A DNA stretch of 57,876 nt from a bacterium (GTDB lineage: Bacteria > RUG730). Shown here one piece after another: positions 1 through 7,900 of the stretch. The translations under genes were made by a program, and so were the position numbers. Every line of letters starts with the position of its first letter. The first letter of the stretch is position 1. The notes under the pieces are model-generated. The model was not told the origin of the DNA and searched no databases. It saw nothing but the letters and a program-made list of their open reading frames with translations. Location of the stretch: positions 1 to 57,876 of the forward strand of contig JAVBNQ010000008.1 of NCBI GenBank assembly GCA_031551405.1, read 5' to 3'.

Positions 1-294
1 TCTTTTTATGAGTTTTTCTTTTTTCTTCTATTTTTTGTCTTTTTTTAAATGTCTGCATAGCAAAGAGAAGATGGAAAAAATTAAAAAAATCGTTTGAAAT
101 TTCTAACTGTTTGAGCCCTCACTTGTGAGTGGCGAGTTTTAAATTTTTTCCCTATCTCTGAGGTACAGCAGACTAGCCTTTTTTGTTTCTTTTTTGGGCA
201 ATGTCAAAAAAGAAAATAAAGATTTGACCAAACTTTTGTTTTTTGAAATCCACAGGCTTTGCCAAAAATGAAAATTTTTAGCTTTATTTTTCTA
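1..294 (+). repeat. Dispersed intergenic hairpin repeat, copy A (cut by the window start)
   Basis: Near-identical to 18824-19135 apart from a ~20-bp deletion. Contains the GTCTGC...GCAGAC basal stem, the TGTTTGAGC...GCGAGTTTT core and the TTTCTTTTTTG-N8-CAAAAAAGAAA hairpin. Confidence 0.9.
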
Positions 295-334
295 AAATTT
301 TTTAGTTTTCTAGTTTTTTAGTCTTAAAAATAAT

Positions 335-1456
335 CTAAAAAAATTTTTCTAACTCGAGTTTTCCATCATCGATTAATTTAGTGACGTAATCTACAATTTT
401 TTGCTGCATCAAAATTTGGGTTTCAGGATTCAAAATCTGCATTTTATCAAATTTCTCGAGTTCAAATTTCAACGCATTTTGTTGATTAAAAGTCAAAATT
501 TTGAAAATTTTTGTAACAAAATCAGGCTCTGATTTCCAAATCGCAGCTGACAAAACATTCAAATCGAAATCTTTGAACAAAATAAAAAGCAATTGTTCCG
601 GAAATTTTTTCAAATCCTCAAACTCGATCTTCTTATTTTTTGCTTGAAAAACCTCGTCATTTTCAGAAGATTTTTGTGGCTGTTTTTTTATTTTTAACGC
701 GTTTTTTTTGGGCTCAACTTTATTCAATTTTTTTGAATTTAACTTCTCGATTTCTTTCAAGATATTTGAGATTTCATCGTCGCTAGTGTTTTCTTTAATT
801 GGAAAAATCTCGTTTGTACTAAAATTTTCAGAATTATTCACAAGCAAAAGGTTTTTTTTAAGCCCATAATTTTCAAAAATCAAAAAATTAATTTTTTTGT
901 TCATTTGGATCAAATAAAAAATCAAAAATAGAGTGAAAAGCAAGATCGCGAGAACTAAAAACGCAAAAATGATTATAAACAAAAAATAAAAATTGTTTTT
1001 TTCAAAATTGACTGTGTTGATTTTTTCTTCTCTAGGCGGCGAAGGCGTAAAATTTTGCTGAACCGTCTTCGGCTGCTGCTGCAAATTCGTACTAAAATTC
1101 AAGCCGGAAAACGGAATTCTGTAAATATTTAAAGTACAATTTTCAGTTTTATAAATTTGCGCCAAAATTGCGGATTTCAAAAAAATTTCATCGTTTTCAT
1201 CAAAATCATTTTTATCAATATAAATATCAAGTAAAAATTTTTGAATCGCAACATTATTTTCGATAGCTTCAGTTTGTTTCACGTCAATGAAATATTTTTT
1301 GTCCGGATAATAAATTTTTAAAAAATTTGTAATTTGGATTTCATAGAACGGGGCTTGATTTTGGGTTTGCATTTCGTCGGCAAAAGCTATTTTAAAAGCA
1401 AAATTTTGCATGAAAAATAAACTCAAAAAAAATATTTTTATAAATTTTCGCAACAT
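335..1456 (-). CDS. Membrane-anchored protein with a C-terminal FliG_C-like domain
   Basis: N-terminal signal peptide and one long hydrophobic TM segment. The C-terminus (FEDLKKF...LSAAIWKSEPDFVTKIFKIL...QQKIVDYVTKLIDDGKLE) resembles the FliG C-terminal domain. Confidence 0.6.
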   Translation of the reverse strand: MLRKFIKIFFLSLFFMQNFAFKIAFADEMQTQNQAPFYEIQITNFLKIYYPDKKYFIDVKQTEAIENNVAIQKFLLDIYIDKNDFDENDEIFLKSAILAQIYKTENCTLNIYRIPFSGLNFSTNLQQQPKTVQQNFTPSPPREEKINTVNFEKNNFYFLFIIIFAFLVLAILLFTLFLIFYLIQMNKKINFLIFENYGLKKNLLLVNNSENFSTNEIFPIKENTSDDEISNILKEIEKLNSKKLNKVEPKKNALKIKKQPQKSSENDEVFQAKNKKIEFEDLKKFPEQLLFILFKDFDLNVLSAAIWKSEPDFVTKIFKILTFNQQNALKFELEKFDKMQILNPETQILMQQKIVDYVTKLIDDGKLELEKFF

Positions 1457-1507
1457 TATTCCTCGTGAAGAATGCGTGATTTTTGTTCGTTAATTTTTCA
1501 AATTTTG

Positions 1508-2866
1508 CTAAAAATCTTTGAGGCAATCGTAAGTTTTTTCCAGGATAATGCTCAAATCTTTTTCCGTAGTGACTAGCGGCAAATACAAGTATAAAATATT
1601 TCCGAGCGGCCGCAGAATCAAATTTTTTTGCAAAGCTTTTTGATATATTTTATAACCTATTCGCTCGTCAAAATCAAACCCTTTTTTTGTTTTTTTATCT
1701 TTGACAAGCTCGAGAGCACCAATCAAACCAATGCATCGCACATCTCCTACAAAATCAAAATCCAACATTTTTTTGAGCCCGTCTTCAAGTAATTTTGCGA
1801 CAGGTTTGATTTTTTCTAACGAATTTTCCATCTCAAAAATTTCCAGACTCGCAATTCCTGCAGAGCACGCGATCGGATTCGCTGTATAAGTGTGCCCGTG
1901 ATAAAAAGTCTTTTTCTTAGAATAATCGTCGTAAAATGCTCCAAAAACATCTTCCGTCGTAATAGTCATTGCAAGTGGCAAAGTTCCAGACGTGATTCCT
2001 TTTGAAAGACAGACGAAATCTGGCTCGATTTTTGTATGCTCAAACGCAAACATTTTACCAGTTCTGCCAAATCCCGTCGCTACTTCGTCAAGTATCAAAT
2101 GTATTTTATATTTTTTTGCAAGTTGCGCAGCTTTTTCCAGATATTGCGTCGGATAAATTATCATCCCGCCGGATCCCAAAACCAAAGGCTCTAGAATTAA
2201 TGCAGCGATCTCCTCTGATTTTTCTTTGAGAAGAGTTTCTAAATTTTGAATGCAGTCAATTTGACAGGAATTTTTATTTTTTTTGTGAGGACATCTGTAG
2301 CAGTCCGGACTCGTTACCTGAAAATTTTTTGCTAGAAGCGGCGAAAAAATGTCGTTAAAAACACTCGATCCACTGACGGACATAGTGCCAATTGTGTCAC
2401 CGTGATACGCTTTGTCTAAACACAAAAATTTCGTTTTGTTTTTTTGCCCTCGATTATACCAATATTGAAACGACATTTTGAGAGCAACTTCAACGCTAGT
2501 CGAGCCATTATCTGAATAAAAAACTTTTGTAAGATATTTTGGCATTAAATTAATTATTTTTTCAGCAAGATTTATTGCCGGTAAATGCGTGAATCCTGCA
2601 AATAAAACGTGATCTAATTTATCGAGCTGCGCAATTATCGCATTTTTGATGTGCGGATGATTGTGCCCGTGAATATTGCACCACCAACTCGAAATCGTAT
2701 CGTAAAAAAAATTCCCCGACTCGTCAAAAAGTTTTATCCCTTCGGCCTTTTCAATCAAAATCGGCGGATTCACTTCTGTATCCTTCATTTGCGTGTAAGG
2801 ATGCCATATATATTTTAAATCTTTTTCGAGTAATAAACTTCTCATTTTTTCGTAATTTACCTTCAA
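1508..2866 (-). CDS. bioA: Adenosylmethionine-8-amino-7-oxononanoate aminotransferase
   Basis: IWHPYTQM, SSWWCNIHGH, DNGSTSVEVALKM, YHGDT, DEVATGFGRTG, SKGITSG (PLP lysine) and HGHTYTANP motifs. Confidence 0.95.
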   Translation of the reverse strand: MKVNYEKMRSLLLEKDLKYIWHPYTQMKDTEVNPPILIEKAEGIKLFDESGNFFYDTISSWWCNIHGHNHPHIKNAIIAQLDKLDHVLFAGFTHLPAINLAEKIINLMPKYLTKVFYSDNGSTSVEVALKMSFQYWYNRGQKNKTKFLCLDKAYHGDTIGTMSVSGSSVFNDIFSPLLAKNFQVTSPDCYRCPHKKNKNSCQIDCIQNLETLLKEKSEEIAALILEPLVLGSGGMIIYPTQYLEKAAQLAKKYKIHLILDEVATGFGRTGKMFAFEHTKIEPDFVCLSKGITSGTLPLAMTITTEDVFGAFYDDYSKKKTFYHGHTYTANPIACSAGIASLEIFEMENSLEKIKPVAKLLEDGLKKMLDFDFVGDVRCIGLIGALELVKDKKTKKGFDFDERIGYKIYQKALQKNLILRPLGNILYLYLPLVTTEKDLSIILEKTYDCLKDF

Positions 2867-2896
2867 GTTACCAAAACTATTCTCGAACGCATTTTC

Positions 2897-4153
2897 TCAT
2901 TTTTTATAGATTTTTTTAACTGCTTTCATTATTGTTGCTGCAGTTTTTTCGCCAATTCCCTGAAGTCCCATCAAATCTTCTTTAGAAACATTTTTTAAGA
3001 TCTCAAGACTAGAATAGCCGGCATTAATCAAAATATTTGCCATTTTTTCTGATACGCCTTCGAGCTGTTCAAAATCTTTTAGCACTGTCTCAAGTTTGGC
3101 TTCGCGGGCTTCTTTTCGTCTGGCCTCTGTTGTAACCTCGAGATGCCAGCCAATAAGTCTTGCTGCGAGCTTTATGTTCACGCCTTTTTTCCCGATAGCA
3201 AGTGACAATTGATCTTCAGCCATGATAATTTCTGCATTTTTACTGATCGGATCCAAATAAATTGCGTCGATTTGAGCAGGTTTTATAGCATTTTCAATAT
3301 AAATTTTTATATCGTCGCTGTAGAGCACCAAATCTATTTTTTCTCCGTTTAACTCGTCGATGATAGATTTCACTCGTGAACCTCGCAAACCAACGCACGA
3401 ACCAACCGGATCTACTTTTGGATTGCGCGAATAAACTGCAACTTTCGCTTTATTCCCAGGATCCCGCGAAATGCCTTTTATATCGATTGTTCCGTCATAA
3501 ACTTCCGGAATTTCAAGTTCAAACAATTTTTGCAAAAATCCGGGATGTTTCCTGGACATCAAAATTTTTGGACCTTTTGGATCCTCTTCAACTTTCACGA
3601 TATAAGCTTTGATGTACGCGCCTTGAGAATAATTTTCATTTTCAATCTGTTCGCTTCTTGGCAAGACAGCTTTAGTTTTTCCCAGATCAATTATCGCGGT
3701 TTCGTTCGCCATCCTGGAAATAATGCCATTGATAATCGTTCCTTCTTTTGATTTGTATTCTTTGAACAAATTGTCTTTCTCAATCTCTCGCATTTTTTGA
3801 ATAATCACTTGTTTTGCTGTCTGAGCTGCTATTCGTCCAAAAGATTCTGTATCAATTTGAACTTGCAAAACATCGTCGATTTGTGCATTTTTTTTGACTT
3901 CTTTTGCTTCAGTCAGATCTACTTCTCTCGTAGGATCCGTAACTTTTTTGACCACGATTTTTGTTACGAAAAGTTGAATCACACCGGCATCCAAATCTAT
4001 TTTTGCTTTAACATCAGTGAATTTACTGTTGTGCTTTTTAAATGTCGAAACGAGAGATTGCTCGATAAGTTTGATAAGTTCTTCTTTTTTTATACCTTTG
4101 TCTCTCTCTATTTGCTCCAAGACTGGCGATAAATCTCCGCTCATGTTTTCCAT
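2897..4153 (-). CDS. nusA: Transcription termination/antitermination factor NusA
   Basis: FGRIAAQTAKQVIIQK, S1 and KH domains (RDPGNKAKVAV, DPVGSCVG, LSLAIGKKGVN) and C-terminal HhH repeats. Start moved to the ATG at 4153, which follows a GGAGG RBS. Confidence 0.97.
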   Translation of the reverse strand: MENMSGDLSPVLEQIERDKGIKKEELIKLIEQSLVSTFKKHNSKFTDVKAKIDLDAGVIQLFVTKIVVKKVTDPTREVDLTEAKEVKKNAQIDDVLQVQIDTESFGRIAAQTAKQVIIQKMREIEKDNLFKEYKSKEGTIINGIISRMANETAIIDLGKTKAVLPRSEQIENENYSQGAYIKAYIVKVEEDPKGPKILMSRKHPGFLQKLFELEIPEVYDGTIDIKGISRDPGNKAKVAVYSRNPKVDPVGSCVGLRGSRVKSIIDELNGEKIDLVLYSDDIKIYIENAIKPAQIDAIYLDPISKNAEIIMAEDQLSLAIGKKGVNIKLAARLIGWHLEVTTEARRKEAREAKLETVLKDFEQLEGVSEKMANILINAGYSSLEILKNVSKEDLMGLQGIGEKTAATIMKAVKKIYKK

Positions 4154-4208
4154 GTTTTTCCTCCGATCTAAAATCAAAAAATTGATTATTGTGCATTGTG
4201 ATTAAAAT

Positions 4209-4239
4209 AAAAAAAGCCACCCTAAAAAAGGGAGGCTTT
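4209..4239 (-). terminator. Intrinsic terminator/attenuator hairpin in the nusA leader
   Basis: Minus strand reads AAAGCC-T-CCCT-TTTTT-AGGG-T-GGC then T7, between the putative promoter and the nusA RBS. Confidence 0.6.
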
Positions 4240-4249
4240 GAACGCAAAA

Positions 4250-4278
4250 ATAATGCCAAATTTTGAATAAAAAAGCAA
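4250..4278 (-). promoter_or_regulatory. Putative sigma70 promoter of nusA
   Basis: TTGCTT-17 bp-CATTAT on the minus strand. Confidence 0.4.
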
Positions 4279-4554
4279 GTATTTTATTAGCGAGATCGAA
4301 TAAAATCTATTTTTAAATTTTGTTTTGTTTTTTTATTTTACTTTTCTAAAAATTGTCTTGCAATTTCTACGCAAAACCTCTTGGTGAGCGAAAGCGGAAA
4401 AATTTAGAAAAACGTATTTTCGTTTGTTATCTCGAAATGCCGTTTTCCAATCTCAAGCCCAGACATTTTTAGACACGAAATCTCCTAGTCTTGACTATAT
4501 AACTTTCATATTCTGTCTCGTAACTTATCACACAAATCTAAACCCTTAATTAAC

Positions 4555-4588
4555 AAAAAAAGGAAGAGCTAAAAAACTCTTCCTTTTT
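4555..4588. terminator. Intrinsic, possibly bidirectional terminator downstream of the XRE gene
   Basis: AAAAAGGAAGAG-N8-CTCTTCCTTTTT inverted repeat with A/T tracts on both sides. Confidence 0.75.
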
Positions 4589-4618
4589 GACTTCTTCAAG
4601 AATAAAAATTGTTTTTAC

Positions 4619-4831
4619 TTATTTTTTTGCTGACTTCTTTCGTCCGACTAATTCATCTATTGAGACTTCGAAAGCATCCGCTATTTTCATAATAGTTTGA
4701 ATAGTTGGATGAGTAGCTGCGCCTTGCTCTATTTTTGTAACTGCATTATAGGACAAGCCAGCTTTTTCAGCTAACTTTTGTTGTGACCAATTTTTCTTCT
4801 TCCTTAAATCTTTAAGATTTTTATTCAACAT
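4619..4831 (-). CDS. XRE-family helix-turn-helix transcriptional regulator
   Basis: LKDLRKKKNWSQQKLAEKAGLSYNAVTKIEQG...PTIQTIMKIADAFEVSIDEL is a canonical HTH_3 pattern; G-rich RBS upstream. Confidence 0.92.
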   Translation of the reverse strand: MLNKNLKDLRKKKNWSQQKLAEKAGLSYNAVTKIEQGAATHPTIQTIMKIADAFEVSIDELVGRKKSAKK

Positions 4832-4874
4832 TTTTCCCCCTTTAAGTTTATAAAAAACCTAATGTTTGGGGCAT

Positions 4875-4903
4875 ATTATAACAAAAAATTTTAGTGTTTT
4901 CAA
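4875..4903 (-). promoter_or_regulatory. Putative sigma70 promoter (extended -10) of the XRE gene
   Basis: TTGAAA-17 bp-TATAAT on the minus strand, with TGn before the -10. Confidence 0.6.
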
Positions 4904-4973
4904 TGTTTTTTTAAATTTTTTATATTATTATAATACTTTAATCATAAGGTTTTAAATGGATTACTCCAAAACA

Positions 4974-7900
4974 TTAAAAAATAATTGACGCCTCAGTTTG
5001 AATCAAAACTGCATTGTAATTACTCTTATCACGCAGAAGAAATCTCACATCACTAAATTTCGCTCCTAACTTGAATTGGAAATTCGACGTAAAATTGAAC
5101 TCGCTGTCAGCAACAAAATCGTAAATATCTTTATTATCTTCCAGCAAATCGCCTCGTTTTTGCGTGCCTTTAACTTCTGACGAGAGCTTGATACGATTTT
5201 CAACAATAAAACGTTTCTTTATGAACGGCAATTTCAAACCTCGCTCAACGCTGAAATCAGTGTCAGCTTTTAAACTGAAAATCTTTTCATCCACCCATTT
5301 CGAATTTGTATTCAGCAAAAATTCATCTTGAACTTTGAAATCTCCTCTAGTCGTAAATCGCCAAGATTTGTAAGTGAGTCCTAACTGTGCGCCGTAAGAA
5401 TTTAAGTCTACGCTACGAACTTTTACACTTTTAGTATTATTAATATTAAATTCTTCGAAATTATCAGCACGATAGTTGAGCGCGCAATCAAATGTTTCCA
5501 AAACCTTGAATCTGTACTTTGTATCAAAATTTTTCGTGTATTTATCTGAAATCGCATAGCTGTTTTCTGTTTTATTCAAATATTTTGTGACTAATTCGCC
5601 ATTGCTTACGAATCCATCCAAAAACAAAAAATTTTCAAAATTTTTGATTTCCGTCAATATTTCAGGCCAAACTACCACCGCTGCATCTGAGGTAACGCCT
5701 TCGACAAAAGTTTCAGAATACGAAAATCTCGTTGATAAAGTTTGCAAAGGGGCCAACCATTTTTCTTTGAATTCAAGATAATCAAACGGGCTATATTTTA
5801 AAGAAAAAGTTTTTATATCTTCTTGCGAAAATGTGGTCTGATTACCGAATTTTGGCGCGATATTAAAGGCTTTGTTGTTTACTAATCCGTCATAGCTCCG
5901 CGTGAACCAAAAATCTAAAAATTTGTAATCTGCGTTAATTCCGCGCCAGGCTTCGATATCTTTTATTTCGTAGTTAAAAGTAAGGTTCAATGATTTTGTC
6001 GGCTTAAATCCGGATAAAATCGCGTTAAAATACAAATCCAAACCCGCCTTCCCAGAATTTTCGATTCTTACGTCTTTTGTCGTATACGTCGATTTCTGAA
6101 CTATATTGAAATCTTCCGTTTTTACCAAGTCATATCCAAAATTTGGTCTAAGCCAATTTAGCAGCGTAATTTCTGATGAGACTTCCGCTTTTTCCTCTCG
6201 TTTTCTAAAATAACGTTCTGTCTCCGGCTTGTTATCTAAAATCTCAGAAATTTCAGCATAGGAATATTTCGGTCTCAAGTTCAGTCTAGACAAAAGCGAT
6301 AAATCTGTTCCAAACGAATAACTCTCTTTTAGCTCGTCAAGATTACGAATATCTGTACTCGTGACTACTTCAAAATAATCGTGCTTTATTTTTTCGGTCT
6401 TAAACTCGGAGAAAATCCTTTGGTCGTAAAATCTACTGCTTAACGGAATCGAATAATCTAATCGCGTATAATAAAGCTCATGATTTTTAGTTTCATTCAA
6501 ATTGTAGTCTGTACTACTCGATAAATTCAAATCGAAAAAATCAGCTTTAACTTGTTGATAAGAAAAAGTAAGTCGAGGAAAATTTTTTAGATTAAATGCA
6601 GTGTTTAAAGTTTTGTTATTGCTGTCAATTTTGCCTTCTTCAAGAATGCTTATCGACGTATTTGTAAATTTTGGAGTTTCTACGGTATCTCGTCCTGCAG
6701 TCACAGTGATCGGTAAAAATTTTAGCGTGTTAAAGTCGAGTTTTCCAGAATAAGAATCAGTTTCTCGCCCTGATGTGATGCTACCAATTCCAAGCAAATC
6801 ATTGCTCTGTGTTCCTGACGTAATCGTCTCAAAATTTGCGTCAATATGTTTTAAAAGACCGCTAACTATTATGTCATTTTTGAAGTTCATTATTGCTTCA
6901 GTTTTGTAAGCAACTCCATCTTTTTTCAGCGCGTCGTCCACATAAATATCATTCAAAAATATTTGTCCGGATAATACTCGTCCGGATTTATTTCTGATTC
7001 CGATACGCATGTAGCGAATATTAGAAATTTTTGGCGCTCCAACGCAACTGGTAAAACCGTCAGGAATTCCATCAGGAATATTGTATCCATATAAATTCTT
7101 GTGATCTTCCAGGCTTAGTTCAGGTATTTTCCAACCGCGCCAGTCAAGCTTGGTTGCGTACTCGAAATAATTACTTTCATCTGAGCCCAAATTTATGAAA
7201 AATTCCGCGCCACTGTCATCACCAAATATAAAAAATTTAAGCTTTTTATAAATCGAAAGGTTATATTTTTTATCGCTTGGAAGTCGATAAATAGCGTATC
7301 CTGTCGCTCCATTATTTAAATTTTCAAATTTCATTGCCAATGCTTCTTCTTTGAGCGACGTGTCCTGCGTGGTTCTTTTGTAGAGTTTTTGATATTCGCT
7401 TTTTGTCACTACGTCGTCTAAAACAGAAACATAACTGCTATCATTTTCCTTGCTCACTGATTTTATAGAAAATTTTGTAGTTGCGCTTGCAGGTGTCAGT
7501 GTCACGTCGCCCCATTTATTTCCGACTGTAGCAAACTCGTAAAACTTCAAATTTCCAGAAATGTCTGACATCGAATTGCTGTGAACTGTAATTCTCAAAT
7601 GTTTAATAGTTCGCCACTTACTTTTGTCGGTGATTTCTAATGGAATTACAAATTTTTTCCAGCCAATCCAGTTGACAGTGTTATGCGAGATTCCGTTTTC
7701 ATCTACCAAATTCTTAAATTCCGCGCCCATCCCATCGTCGGGATCTAAAATTCCGTTTCTATTTAAATCCTCGGAATCCAAGATTCCATTCCCTGCGCCG
7801 ATTCGTATCGGAGTAGTCCAGCCTTCCGGAAAATACTCCCAGCCAACGTCTTCTGTTGCTCCTAGTTTTCCGTCTCCATCCAAATCCTCGGTTTTTGGAT

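Noticed and set aside
335..1456. Calling this gene fliG
   Set aside because: Only the C-terminal domain resembles FliG; the signal peptide, TM segment and gene context do not fit.
4619..4831. Prophage or toxin-antitoxin module around the XRE gene
   Set aside because: No integrase, phage gene or toxin partner is adjacent; the gene has its own promoter and terminator.
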